From a virus (Duplodnaviria > Caudoviricetes): a stretch of DNA of 52,050 bases. The first letter of the stretch is position 1, and each line of letters opens with the position of its first letter. Below, piece after piece: positions 9,235-18,927 of the stretch. The stretch is from positions 1-52,050 of the IMG/VR virus record IMGVR_UViG_3300031749_000006, one strand, 5' to 3'. The notes below the pieces were generated by a model. It worked only from the letters and a program-made list of their open reading frames with translations, was not told the DNA's origin and ran no database searches. The position numbers and the translations under genes were made by a program.

Positions 9235-9707
9235 CAGGCGACCTGCCGTTTCACGGTAACTGTGGTCGCGCCCACCTTGCACTTCAGCGCGAGCGTCGGC
9301 GTGGCCATGTTGTCGGCCCATGCGGCAGACACGGCGACCGCATACCCACGCACCGTCTGCAGCCAGCCAAGCGCCTCGGCACCATATTCGATCGCCGCCT
9401 GCCGTGTCTGATCCGTCGCTTTGCGCCGCTTGAGCAGCCACAGGCGCGAGCCGACCAGGGCGCCGGAGCTGGACAGGAAATCGCCGACCCACCCCCGCAT
9501 CGCGGTGAGTGTCGACGGCCGCGACCAGTCCGGCACGACGACGGGCAGCGGGTCATCAGGCCGCGCGCGGCGATCGACGAAGAGGGAAAACACCATCGCG
9601 CTCGCCGGCGTGGTGTCGAACACGAAATCGCTGCCGGCGAACTGATAATCAGCCCGCCGGTTCACCGGATCGTAGACCAGTGCGAAATCTCGTGTGGGAG
9701 TGACCAT
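9234..9707 (-). CDS. Baseplate wedge protein, Mu gp46-like
   Basis: SLFVDRRA...RGWVGD...GSRLWLLKRRK. Confidence 0.85.
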   Translation of the reverse strand: MVTPTRDFALVYDPVNRRADYQFAGSDFVFDTTPASAMVFSLFVDRRARPDDPLPVVVPDWSRPSTLTAMRGWVGDFLSSSGALVGSRLWLLKRRKATDQTRQAAIEYGAEALGWLQTVRGYAVAVSAAWADNMATPTLALKCKVGATTVTVKRQVA

Positions 9708-9744
9708 CGGGCGGCATTGTCATGCCACGGCGCGGAGGAGGCGT

Positions 9745-9760
9745 CCTAACGCCGGTTAGG
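9745..9760 (-). promoter_or_regulatory. Late promoter activator site CCTAAC-N4-GTTAGG upstream of gp46
   Basis: Dyad recurring at 21567 and 31823; -10-like GACAAT 23 nt downstream. Confidence 0.7.
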
Positions 9761-9762
9761 AT

Positions 9763-10275
9763 TTAGTTCTGCATCGGCCCGGTCGTGCCGCCCTGCGCGT
9801 CGGTGTGGTCATGGTTCTTAACCGAGAGCGAGCCGATCGTCACGTCCTGATCGACGGCGACTGTGCCGGTGACGTGCAGATTGCCGTCGATCGTGCCGCC
9901 GTCGGGCGCGTGGATCGTGCATGTCTTCGCCCAGATCTCGACATCCCCGCCGGACTTCACATGCACCCGCGTCCCGTCCTGGGCGTAGAGAGCCGAATCG
10001 CCGGGAGAGAGGGTGCCCATCCGCGCGGCCGGGCATGCGACCGGGAGCGCGCGCAGGTTGGCCGGGTCGCCACCCACCGCCAAGACGAGGCAGATCGCCC
10101 CCTCGCTCGGCGGCATCGAGGCGAACCCGAATATCTGCATCACCTCGACCTGGTCGCGCACAACACCATCCGCGCAGTGGACGGTGAGCATTTGCGCCGG
10201 GCCGCTATCGTCCACCGCGATTACCAGCCCGAGCCCGCTGATCCCCCTAATCGCGCCGTAGATCTCGTCGAGCAT
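9763..10275 (-). CDS. Baseplate spike, Mu gp45-like
   Basis: Q.FGFAS.PP, GDSALY, C-terminal HDH metal-binding motif. Confidence 0.85.
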   Translation of the reverse strand: MLDEIYGAIRGISGLGLVIAVDDSGPAQMLTVHCADGVVRDQVEVMQIFGFASMPPSEGAICLVLAVGGDPANLRALPVACPAARMGTLSPGDSALYAQDGTRVHVKSGGDVEIWAKTCTIHAPDGGTIDGNLHVTGTVAVDQDVTIGSLSVKNHDHTDAQGGTTGPMQN

Positions 10276-10284
10276 GGTCTCTCC

Positions 10285-11496
10285 TCAGCCTTTCCTGGTC
10301 GGGCCGAGCACCCGATGGTGCCTGAAGATGCGGCCACGGCCGGTGCTCTCGTCGATCCGGTCGAACGCCGTGCGCCCCGCCAGCCCCAGCGTCGTGGTCA
10401 TCCCGTGATTGTCCGCCTGAAACTCGACGCTGGCGATCAGCATGTCCTTGTTGATCCCGAGATAGGCGTCCGTCACCGCGACCAGCGCGTTCGGCTTCCA
10501 CATCGCGCCCTGCACGTCCCAGCCCAGGACGGTGTATTCCGCCTGCTGGCTCATGCCGCGCGCGACACGTAGTGCCCATTCGGCTTGCGCCTGGACGGAT
10601 GATGCGCCCGATTGTGTGCGCACGCCGTTGACGGTCGGCCTCCAGCGCGTCACCGCCGGGTCGATCGCGTGCCCCGTCATCATGATCGCCTTCCCCTCGG
10701 CGGTCGTGGTTTCCGCGCCCGGCGCGGCCACGGGTGCCGAGGACGGGTCCAGCCCTGGCGTGATCGTGCAGTCAGTGAGCCCGCGCCATGGAGCGCTCTG
10801 CGTCTGCCCCTTCACGAAATAGTCGCTGAACCGTTCACGCCAGGAGCCGTGATAGTGGCGGCTGAGGATGTCGGCGTGCGGCTGCGGCACGAGGAAGCTC
10901 TCGTCGGTGAGTGCTCCCGGCGCTCGAGTTGAGCCGCCGCGTGTCAGCAAGAGCCCTCCGACGCCGTCCGATACCGCGAGCAGCGCGCGCTGCCGCGTCG
11001 CGCGCTCGATCGCCATCAGCACCGTCTCGTCGAGATTGACGCCGAAAACCGGGAAAGGCGCGCCGACATCCACGTCGGCCGTCACCTTGATGTTGAAGGG
11101 CGCCGCGAGCTGGGAAGCGATCTGCAATGCCGTCAGGTTGCGGAACTCGGCGGGGCCGTTCGGCACGGCCGCGCAGTCCACCAGGTCGCCCACTGCATCC
11201 CGGCCGGAGATATGCGCCTCGATCCGCGTGGCGTCCCAGAGGATGTCGACGTCGTCGATCCATCCCGTCAGGAGCACCTGGCCGAGATACGTCACCCGGC
11301 ACGCCATCCCCTCGGTGAGCGGCGTATAGGTGAGCGGGCCCGCCTGCGGTCCGAGCGCCGCGTCGATCCGCGCCTTGTCGTAATAGGTCAGATGGAAGCT
11401 GCCGGCGACGTCCCGCAGGTCGCGCCGGATGGCGACCTGTGTCCACCCGCCGAGCTGCTGGCCGGCGACTTCGAGGACGATGCCGGTCGTGCTCAC
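10285..11496 (-). CDS. Baseplate hub, Mu gpP/gp44-like
   Basis: GW..V.I.R, SGRD..GDLVDC, RFSDYFVKGQ, WKPNALV. Confidence 0.9.
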   Translation of the reverse strand: MSTTGIVLEVAGQQLGGWTQVAIRRDLRDVAGSFHLTYYDKARIDAALGPQAGPLTYTPLTEGMACRVTYLGQVLLTGWIDDVDILWDATRIEAHISGRDAVGDLVDCAAVPNGPAEFRNLTALQIASQLAAPFNIKVTADVDVGAPFPVFGVNLDETVLMAIERATRQRALLAVSDGVGGLLLTRGGSTRAPGALTDESFLVPQPHADILSRHYHGSWRERFSDYFVKGQTQSAPWRGLTDCTITPGLDPSSAPVAAPGAETTTAEGKAIMMTGHAIDPAVTRWRPTVNGVRTQSGASSVQAQAEWALRVARGMSQQAEYTVLGWDVQGAMWKPNALVAVTDAYLGINKDMLIASVEFQADNHGMTTTLGLAGRTAFDRIDESTGRGRIFRHHRVLGPTRKG

Positions 11497-11500
11497 CTGG

Positions 11501-12826
11501 TCACGCCGCGTTCAGCACTTCGATGAGCCCAGGGCCGAGTGTCGCCGGCGCGCCCACGCCGTTGCGCGCGAGCAGATCCTGCCAGGTCGCAAACATCATC
11601 GAGGGCGAATCGCCGACGACGTAATGCGCCACGATCCATGCCGGCACGGCCGAGGAGAGCTCGATGTTCACGACCTGAGGCAGCGAGCCCACAAGGCTGT
11701 TGAAGTTCGTCGCCACCGCGCTTTTCAGATCCTGGAGCGATTGCCAGACGGAAGCGGCATTCAGCGGGTCCGTCTCCGCAAGCGTGGCGGCCGCGACGAT
11801 CGCGGCGTCGATCGCGGTCATGAGACGGCCGACTTCGGTCTCCGCGTCCTGCGCCGACACATAGGCGATCAAGGCGGCCGTCTGCGCGGCCTGGGCGACG
11901 CAGGCCGCCTGCAACCCCGCCGCCAGTGACGCGAGGGTGCCGACGCTCTGCCCGGTCGCGATCGTCCCGCTCGCCTGGGCGATCGTCGCGGCCGCCAGGA
12001 GCATCGCGGTCGTATCGCCAGGATCGGCCGCCGGCGCCGGGGTGGTGACGCCACCGGGCGCCACGGCGGCCGGAATGGGTGGAGAGGCGGCCGCGGCGAT
12101 CGCCGCCGGCACCGCGAGGACGGTCCCGACGGAGGTCGCTTGCCAGCCCGCGCTCGGCGCGCTGGTGGGCGCACTCAGTGTCGCGACGGCGCCGGCAGCG
12201 GCCGGACCGATGACGTCTCCCGACGGGCCGGTCTGGACCAGCGCGCTGAACTGGCCGGCGATCGAGGTTGTCCAGGACTGCACGGCCGAGAACGCGGCGA
12301 AGGCGTTCCGGAACGGCGTGAGCGCGGTGATCATGTAGGACTGCGCCGCGTCGATGGCGCTCGTCGCGGCGAGCTCGAGGCCGGCGATCGAGTTCGATGC
12401 CGGCAGGGACGGCGGCGTCCATGGGTAGAGCTGCACCTCGAAACGGGCGCAGCGGATTTCCTTGAACGAGAAAGTCACGCGGCCCGGCGCCAGCAGCACG
12501 ACCTGGATGTTGCCGAGCCATGGATGCACCAGGGAAAGCGGGCCCTGCGTGCGGAGCGCCGTGCGCAGAAGCGTCGCCTGCTGGACGTAGTCGGCACCGA
12601 TCAAGACGCCCTTCAGGGCGATCGGACCGTCCAGCGCGCCGAGATCCTCATATGCGGCGCCGTCGACGCCGGGAAACAGAAACCGCTGCAGCCGGCGCCC
12701 GACCTCGATAGACGTGTCGATGATCTGGAAGGGAATGCCGGCGATCGTCGCCTCGAGAAGCGCGCCCGAGAACCCCGGGACGGCGCCGTTCAGCAGCTGG
12801 GTCGAAATGCCTGATAAGCTCACCAT
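11501..12826 (-). CDS. DNA circularisation protein, Mu gpN/gp43-like
   Basis: GIPF...GRR....FPG...EDLG...LVHPWLG. Confidence 0.85.
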   Translation of the reverse strand: MVSLSGISTQLLNGAVPGFSGALLEATIAGIPFQIIDTSIEVGRRLQRFLFPGVDGAAYEDLGALDGPIALKGVLIGADYVQQATLLRTALRTQGPLSLVHPWLGNIQVVLLAPGRVTFSFKEIRCARFEVQLYPWTPPSLPASNSIAGLELAATSAIDAAQSYMITALTPFRNAFAAFSAVQSWTTSIAGQFSALVQTGPSGDVIGPAAAGAVATLSAPTSAPSAGWQATSVGTVLAVPAAIAAAASPPIPAAVAPGGVTTPAPAADPGDTTAMLLAAATIAQASGTIATGQSVGTLASLAAGLQAACVAQAAQTAALIAYVSAQDAETEVGRLMTAIDAAIVAAATLAETDPLNAASVWQSLQDLKSAVATNFNSLVGSLPQVVNIELSSAVPAWIVAHYVVGDSPSMMFATWQDLLARNGVGAPATLGPGLIEVLNAA

Positions 12827-12836
12827 GAAACGTCTC

Positions 12837-14720
12837 TTAAGGCCGGTTTAGAAGAGGTCCGGACGGCGGGGTCTTGCGGGGGAGCCGCGCCGGATTGTGG
12901 GTGTGATGACGCCCAACCCCGTCGCCATTCGTGACGTGAACGTCCACAACATGCATCCCGAGGGCTCGGCCGATGGCGTCGCCGACTTCGGCGCCAGCCT
13001 CCCGGATCGAGTTCTTCATGCTGTCCTCGAGCTTGTTGCCGATCACGCCGGCGACAATGCCGGCGATCAGACCAGGCCAGCCGCCTTCGGCCGCGCCCTC
13101 TCCGCCTTCAACCACCGCGCGTTTGCCGGCGTCGACGACGTCGTCAAGGACCGATTCGCCGCCTTTGGCTTTCTTCCCAAGGATCCGGCTGCTGAGTGCG
13201 CCGAATGCCTTCAGCGTCGCGGCGCCGCTCCCGACGGCGACGATGAGGTTTCCGAGGCCGGTATTCAGCAACGGCAACTGAATTGTGTTGAGGTCCCGAA
13301 TCGATTGGCCGAACGCTCCCAGAACGAAGTTGGCCACCTCCAACGGCTTCAACAGGCCGCTCCCGATGTCGCGCTCAAGTTGGCGGAGCTGCTCGTCGAA
13401 TTTGGTGAGATCGGTATTCGCGCCTTTGAGCGCTGTCTGAAAGTCTGTCGCGCCGGTCTTCGAGGTCACCGTCCCGAGCATCTTGATCATGCCCTGGTAT
13501 TGCTTCCAGTGCAGCAGGATGGACTGAACAGTGGTGGCGGACTGGATGTTGCCAAAGATCGTATTCAAGAACTTTGCGCGGTCACCTGCATCCATCGGCG
13601 CGGTTACCCTGTGGAGATAGTTGAGGACGGCCGTTACCTCATTCTCGCCGTGCGCCTTCCCGGCGGCTTCGATCTGCCACAACCCTTCCGGCTTGATGTG
13701 ATACCGGTTGTAGAGCTCCTGAGTTGCTTCCAGCCGTCGCTTGAACAGGAGCCGTGAACTGGCCATCTGCGCCTGCGGCGAATTCAGTGATTTCATGAAA
13801 TCACGATAGTCGGCCGCGGCCTGTCCGGGTTGCGTGGAGTTCTTGATGACGGTCTCCAGGCCGGCTGCCACCATGTCGAGATTTCCTCGGCCCGTCATAT
13901 GAACGAGCTCGGTATAGCCGCCGATCTCCTTCAGATATTGACCGAAATTCCCCAACGAGAAGTGTGCTTGCTTCGCGGCCGTTGCCAGCATTTCGAGGGC
14001 CGGCAGCATTCCCTTCGGCCCGATCTTGAAGCTGTCATTGATCGCGAACGCCGCATCCGCCAGGTCATATGGGCTCACGTCATGCGCCGTTGCCATCATG
14101 CCGATGTCCGGCATGATCGCCTTCACGACCGCCGGCGGCATATGTGTGGTGATCATCCGGAAATACGCGTCCGCGAGACCTAGGCTCGGCTGTCGGTCCT
14201 TGAGTGCCAGCATATCGAAGAGGCCACTCAGGCGCGCCACTTCCGCATCTGCTTTGGGGCCGCTCAGTTTCTCGGTGATCGCGATCTGCCGTAAGGTTTT
14301 CTGGTAGTCACCGAGTTGGCGGATTGCCGACAAGCCGAGCGCGCCGGCGATCGCGCCCCCCAGCCAATCCACCGCATCGTCGGCGTTCTTCGGCCCTTCG
14401 AGGGACGCCGCCTCTGTAGCGGCGCCCCCGCGCACCGCGCGGCTCATGCCGGTGCCGCGGCCCATATCCCGGAGGCTCTTCGTCGCCTTCTCGGCCGCAT
14501 CGCTGACAGCAGTGGTCTCGGCCGCCAGTTCCTTCATCTGGTTGATGGGCTGCGCCGGCATCTTAAGGGCGTCCAGCTTTTCGCTGAGCTGCGCGACCGA
14601 TTTGTCGAGCGAGCGAATCGTCTTGTTCAGCCCCTCGAAGAGCTTCTTCACCTCGTCGAGGGGCCCGGCCATCTGCGCCCTCAGCCGGAGTGTGATTTCG
14701 GCTACGAGATCGTCCGCCAT
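12837..14720 (-). CDS. Tape measure protein (627 aa)
   Basis: Long helical Ala-rich ORF after the tail chaperones. Confidence 0.85.
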   Translation of the reverse strand: MADDLVAEITLRLRAQMAGPLDEVKKLFEGLNKTIRSLDKSVAQLSEKLDALKMPAQPINQMKELAAETTAVSDAAEKATKSLRDMGRGTGMSRAVRGGAATEAASLEGPKNADDAVDWLGGAIAGALGLSAIRQLGDYQKTLRQIAITEKLSGPKADAEVARLSGLFDMLALKDRQPSLGLADAYFRMITTHMPPAVVKAIMPDIGMMATAHDVSPYDLADAAFAINDSFKIGPKGMLPALEMLATAAKQAHFSLGNFGQYLKEIGGYTELVHMTGRGNLDMVAAGLETVIKNSTQPGQAAADYRDFMKSLNSPQAQMASSRLLFKRRLEATQELYNRYHIKPEGLWQIEAAGKAHGENEVTAVLNYLHRVTAPMDAGDRAKFLNTIFGNIQSATTVQSILLHWKQYQGMIKMLGTVTSKTGATDFQTALKGANTDLTKFDEQLRQLERDIGSGLLKPLEVANFVLGAFGQSIRDLNTIQLPLLNTGLGNLIVAVGSGAATLKAFGALSSRILGKKAKGGESVLDDVVDAGKRAVVEGGEGAAEGGWPGLIAGIVAGVIGNKLEDSMKNSIREAGAEVGDAIGRALGMHVVDVHVTNGDGVGRHHTHNPARLPRKTPPSGPLLNRP

Positions 14721-14875
14721 CAGCTGCTCCTCAGCGCCTCGTTATACTGCCCGACGGTCCCCATCCAGAACCGCAGGTCGGCCATGGTGAGGCTTTCCAG
14801 ATCGGCGCGCGGCCAGCCGTAGTGCCGCCCGACGGCGGCCAGCATCAGCCCCCAGTCCGCGGGGGCTTCGGCGAT
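14720..14875 (-). CDS. Frameshift extension of the tail assembly chaperone (G-T type)
   Basis: The -1 frame after slippery T TTT TTA (14881-14875) reads IAEAPADWGLMLAAVGRHYGWPRADLESLTMADLRFW... and its TGA overlaps the tape measure ATG. Confidence 0.75.
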   Translation of the reverse strand: MAEAPADWGLMLAAVGRHYGWPRADLESLTMADLRFWMGTVGQYNEALRSS

Positions 14876-15264
14876 AAAAAATTTACGAGCTCGAGGGCGC
14901 GGCCAAGGTCTACCCCGTCCAGCCGGTCGATCACCTGGGGCGCCCGAGCGGCCGGCAGATCGATGATGCGCTCCAGGATGAACAGGGCGCCATCCCCGCG
15001 CGAGGACGTCATCATCGCCCGCAGATCGCCGCCGTTCATACGCCGGGCGCGCAGGGTCTCGTAACGCTCCTCGCGCACCTTGTCGCCGCTCTTGAACTTG
15101 AGAGTCACGGGATAATCCAGCCGGATCTCGAAGCCGTCCTCGGTCGCGAGAATGCCGTCCGGCAGCCCCTCGGCCGTCTTCGGCGCGTCCTCCTGGATGA
15201 CGTCGTCGCCGGCGACGACGCCCGTCTCCGCCGCGCCGTGCTCGATGATGAAATCCTCGTTCAC
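14845..15264 (-). CDS. Tail assembly chaperone (Mu gp41-like)
   Basis: GTGA overlap with the tube gene; L.YPV...LR.RR..GGDLR...IDRLDGVD. Confidence 0.8.
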   Translation of the reverse strand: MNEDFIIEHGAAETGVVAGDDVIQEDAPKTAEGLPDGILATEDGFEIRLDYPVTLKFKSGDKVREERYETLRARRMNGGDLRAMMTSSRGDGALFILERIIDLPAARAPQVIDRLDGVDLGRALELVNFLSPKPPRTGG

Positions 15265-15623
15265 TGGAGCAGCTCCTCGGCTTCGCCGCCTTCCCATGTA
15301 AGGGTCAGCTTGCCGCCTTCGCCGCCGGTGATTTCCGGCTGGTCCACCAGGAAGGCGTTGGCGATGACGAAGGTCTGCCCGGTATCGCAGACGAACTGGA
15401 GTTCGCCTTCAGTGACACTTCTGATCGCGGCGATCGACATGCCGGTCATGAAAGGCGTCGAGCACTGCACGCGGCTCGCCATCATCTCCTGGCTGCGGCT
15501 GACCTGCGCGCCGGCTGTGACGGCCTTGTTCACCAGACCGCCCTGCCGGAACTGGGCGCCCTTTTCGCAGGGGAACTTCACCCCGGCCCAGACGACTTCG
15601 ACAACACCAAGGCTTTGCGCCAT
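15261..15623 (-). CDS. Tail tube protein
   Basis: 120 aa after the sheath; F.CDTGQTF...AF motif. Confidence 0.8.
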   Translation of the reverse strand: MAQSLGVVEVVWAGVKFPCEKGAQFRQGGLVNKAVTAGAQVSRSQEMMASRVQCSTPFMTGMSIAAIRSVTEGELQFVCDTGQTFVIANAFLVDQPEITGGEGGKLTLTWEGGEAEELLQ

Positions 15624-15635
15624 CTCTGAGACTCC

Positions 15636-17174
15636 TTATGCCGCCGCGAATTCGAGATCGCCGGCCAGGATCATCAGGTTACCGATCAGGTTCACCTGCT
15701 GGCGCGAATTCATCCGGTTCGGGTCGTTGCTGTCGATCACGAAGGTGCTGGCGGCCACCGTCGCCGCCGTGTTCACGATCCAGCCGTTCTCGGCATAGAC
15801 GCGACACCTTCCGGCCCATGCACCGCGCATGCGCTTCGGCGTGACGACGGTGCCGTCGTATTCGGCCGCGAGGCTGCCGTCCGGCGCGAGCTTGTTGCGG
15901 GGGTAGACCAGGCTGACATAGCCGATCCAGTCGTAGCGGATCCGGCTCATTGTCGCCGGCACCATGATGTCGTGCCACGCCTGGGACGGGATACCGTTCG
16001 CGTCAGTGGTGTTCTCGGTCACCACGCGCTCGAGCTGGACGGTCCCATCCACCGCGACTGTGAAGGTCGACATGCCCGCGCCCAGGAGGATGTTGCGCTC
16101 GGTCTCGTCGTAGCGGTCCGCCGGCGCCGGCGGCAGGATGCCCGGCAGCGCTACGCCGCGCAGCTGGCGCGACGGATCGTTGGCCAGCTCATACGAGCAC
16201 GCGCCGGCATACGCGCCGCAGATCACCCAGGTCGGATGCATCGGGTTCTGGATCGGCAGCGTGGTCGCGTATTTGCTGTTGAGGCCCGTCTGCGCCGTCT
16301 GCACAGTGCCCGGCGTGCCGGCGATCACGCGGTAGCCCTTCGCGTCCAGCTGCCCCATGGCCATGTAGCGCGTGGCCAGAACCCCCTCGAAGATGCCGAC
16401 GTTGTTCGCGTCGTTCCAGCAGATGCCGATATCGGTGAACCAGGTGCTGGAGATCGCATCGAGCGCCGCGGTGACGACTGGGTCCGTCGCACCCCCGGCC
16501 ATGGCGGTGACGGTCACCGCCAGTCCGGCCGGCGTCGCGTCCCCGCGCTGCGCGTTGACCCGCAAATCGATGGTGTTGCCGAGGGTGCCACCGTGAAGTG
16601 CTGCAATCTCCAGCGCTCCGGTGCCGGCGGTGGGCGTGAACGGCAGAAATCCCTCACTGAAGGGAATGCCACCGAGGGTGGAGACGAGCTGCTCCGCCGT
16701 GGAGAGCGCGTTGGCCACAACCGTCGCCGCCGTGTCGCCGACAGAGACCGGGACCGCGATCCGGATCCCCGCGACATAGAGTGCCAGCGTGCCGGCCTGG
16801 GTGGCCGTGCCGGTGATGCCGAAAGATCCCGACGCCTTGGTCGCGGCGGTCGCATCCGGCACGCCGATGATCTCAAGCGGCAGCCAGGGATTGGCGCGGA
16901 TGAACGCCGCGGCCATCTGCGCGATGATCGACCCGCCACCCCCGAGCGCCTGCGCATCGGAGGCCGCGAACACCGGATAGGGCGTGTTCGGCTGGGCGGT
17001 GCCTGTCGGGAGCATCTGGCCGATCAGGAGTGCCTTGGCCGGATACGGCAGCAGGCCGGCTTGGCTGTAGTTCGCGCGGACCTGATAGAAGGCGCCCGGC
17101 ACCTGGAGATTGTAGGGGATCTCGTCCAGGGTGATTGTCTGGGTCGCCTGCGGCGACAACGTGTTCCCGCTCAC
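15636..17174 (-). CDS. Tail sheath protein (Mu gpL-like)
   Basis: IP..LQVPG, LLIGQ, DPSRQL, ERNILL..G.ST. Confidence 0.9.
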   Translation of the reverse strand: MSGNTLSPQATQTITLDEIPYNLQVPGAFYQVRANYSQAGLLPYPAKALLIGQMLPTGTAQPNTPYPVFAASDAQALGGGGSIIAQMAAAFIRANPWLPLEIIGVPDATAATKASGSFGITGTATQAGTLALYVAGIRIAVPVSVGDTAATVVANALSTAEQLVSTLGGIPFSEGFLPFTPTAGTGALEIAALHGGTLGNTIDLRVNAQRGDATPAGLAVTVTAMAGGATDPVVTAALDAISSTWFTDIGICWNDANNVGIFEGVLATRYMAMGQLDAKGYRVIAGTPGTVQTAQTGLNSKYATTLPIQNPMHPTWVICGAYAGACSYELANDPSRQLRGVALPGILPPAPADRYDETERNILLGAGMSTFTVAVDGTVQLERVVTENTTDANGIPSQAWHDIMVPATMSRIRYDWIGYVSLVYPRNKLAPDGSLAAEYDGTVVTPKRMRGAWAGRCRVYAENGWIVNTAATVAASTFVIDSNDPNRMNSRQQVNLIGNLMILAGDLEFAAA

Positions 17175-17371
17175 TTACCTGTCTCCTGCACTTTGGCGCC
17201 CGTGGACTTTGGCGATGCGGGCGTGGCCTCGACGAGCACCAGGTCGCCGATCCGCAGCCATTTGCGGATCGTCCTGGTCTCCTCGAGCTCCATACCCTCC
17301 GCGGGCAGCTTGCGGCCGTCCGGTAGCCGCACGGTGCGCCCGGGGCCGGGCTTGACCATCAATTTCGGCAT
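17171..17371 (-). CDS. Mu gp38-like (DUF2635) protein
   Basis: VKPGPGRTVRLP...LPAEG...LRIGDLV. Confidence 0.8.
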   Translation of the reverse strand: MPKLMVKPGPGRTVRLPDGRKLPAEGMELEETRTIRKWLRIGDLVLVEATPASPKSTGAKVQETGK

Positions 17372-18009
17372 CAGCTGCTCTCCATCGTCGTCGGAATTCC
17401 GGCGACATCGTTCTGATCGTTGGCGCTCGAGGCGCCGTCGAAGTTCCAGTCGATCGCGAGTGTCTGGAACAGGCCCAGGTCGGCCGGGTTCGGCATCACG
17501 TCCGCGGGCTGGATGGTGGTGACCACGTCGCAATCGAGCACCGCGATCGCCTGATTCTCGTCGAAGTTCTCGCCGTGCGCATTCGCCACCCGGCGCACGA
17601 AGACGCTTCCGAGGCCGTTGCCATTGGCATCCGTCGTCTGCATGCCGTTCACGGCCGCCACGGCGATCTGTGCCAGGTGCAGCAGCCCGGGCGCCTGCGC
17701 GTCCCCGAAATACCGCTGCTGGAGACCGCGCGCGTTCATTACCGCGATGAAGATCGTCCAGGTGGAAGTGCCCTTGAACAGCGGGCTCTCGGTGCGGTCC
17801 TGAAGCACCGACCACCCAAGCCCGATGAACGGCGTCCGGTGGGTCAGCTTGTTCCACTCTTTCGCCGTCACATTCGCCGGCACGATCCCGAACTCGAATT
17901 TCGCGGGCGGGAAGACCTGCTGAAGCCGCGCCTGGATCGAGCGACCGATCCCCGGGAGCGGGCCGTCGGGAATGCCCGCGGCGAAAGCAGGAAGGCCGCC
18001 GCCGCTCAC
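17371..18009 (-). CDS. Tail terminator/connector, Mu gp37-like
   Basis: Position between gp36 and gp38; coupled overlaps. Confidence 0.65.
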   Translation of the reverse strand: MSGGGLPAFAAGIPDGPLPGIGRSIQARLQQVFPPAKFEFGIVPANVTAKEWNKLTHRTPFIGLGWSVLQDRTESPLFKGTSTWTIFIAVMNARGLQQRYFGDAQAPGLLHLAQIAVAAVNGMQTTDANGNGLGSVFVRRVANAHGENFDENQAIAVLDCDVVTTIQPADVMPNPADLGLFQTLAIDWNFDGASSANDQNDVAGIPTTMESS

Positions 18010-18461
18010 AGGCCACCATCCCAGAAGCCGGACGGCAGCGAGCCGCCGGACGCTCCCCCGTAGACGGGATCTCGCGAGCTCGTCTGCGCGTAGGACTGAT
18101 CGCCGACGGGAACCTCGTCCAGGTCGAGATGCACGGTGCCCCCCGCGATCGCCTTCAGCCAGGAGACGATCTGCTGCTGACCCGCCTGCACCTGGTCGGA
18201 CGGATTCCGCTGCCCACCAGTGGAGAGGTCATAGCGTGCCAGGATGCAGCACGCCCGACGCACTTCCGGGGGTGCTACCGTCAGGGGCATCCGGTAGCGG
18301 CGCCGCAGATAGGTGTCGATGAGCGCCGACGCCTCGTCGAGAGCCCGGTCGATCGGATCGGGCACGACCGCAACGAGATCCGCGCCGTCCGGCGTGGAGA
18401 GCCGGATCATTTCCGACTCCCCGAACCGGTCGATCATGTCGGCGATCGTCGCGTAAGCCAT
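18006..18461 (-). CDS. Head-tail adaptor, Mu gp36-like (DUF1320)
   Basis: MAYAT..D...RFG...AL.EASALIDTYL..RY..PL. Confidence 0.9.
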   Translation of the reverse strand: MAYATIADMIDRFGESEMIRLSTPDGADLVAVVPDPIDRALDEASALIDTYLRRRYRMPLTVAPPEVRRACCILARYDLSTGGQRNPSDQVQAGQQQIVSWLKAIAGGTVHLDLDEVPVGDQSYAQTSSRDPVYGGASGGSLPSGFWDGGL

Positions 18462-18475
18462 GCTTCAGATGCCTC

Positions 18476-18811
18476 TCAGGCGCTCTTCTTCGCGCGCTTC
18501 GGCTGCCGCCCGGCGCCCTCCGCCGCGGCGCCCGTCTGGTCGCCGCCCTCGGCCGCATGCGCGTCCGACACCAGCGCCTGCTCCACAGCGGCCTGGGCGG
18601 CTTCACCGCCCTCTTCGAGCGCGCCCTCAAGCGCGTCGAGCGTCTCCTCGGTCGCGGTATCGCCGATCGCGAGATAGAAGACCGGATCGCGCCGCAGTTC
18701 GCGCAGCTCCTCGGCCGTAAAATGGTTGAGCGGATAGGCTGCCATCGGGGGATGCTGCATCCCGGCGCGGCGCCGGCCAGCGATACCGCAGAACACGACG
18801 AGCTTCTTCAT
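18476..18811 (-). CDS. Mu gp35/HI1506-like protein
   Basis: GRRRAG..H...FTAEEL..L..DP. Confidence 0.7.
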   Translation of the reverse strand: MKKLVVFCGIAGRRRAGMQHPPMAAYPLNHFTAEELRELRRDPVFYLAIGDTATEETLDALEGALEEGGEAAQAAVEQALVSDAHAAEGGDQTGAAAEGAGRQPKRAKKSA

Positions 18812-18926
18812 CGCCTGGTCTCCTCGGGGTAGGGCGCCCCGACGATTTCGCTCGCCGGGGCCGGAGGTGAGCCATCGATCCCTCCGTTATGGGGCAGCAC
18901 GCCGATGGCCCCCGTCTATTCAGGCG
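18812..18926 (-). ncRNA. Candidate structured RNA element downstream of gpT
   Basis: Enclosing 6-bp stem, three internal hairpins and 7-nt complementary segments; a G-U pair favours the minus strand. Confidence 0.45.
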
Positions 18927-18927
18927 C

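Noticed and set aside
18812-18926. Hammerhead ribozyme
   Set aside because: CUGA and GAAA words are present but the CUGANGA core is not intact
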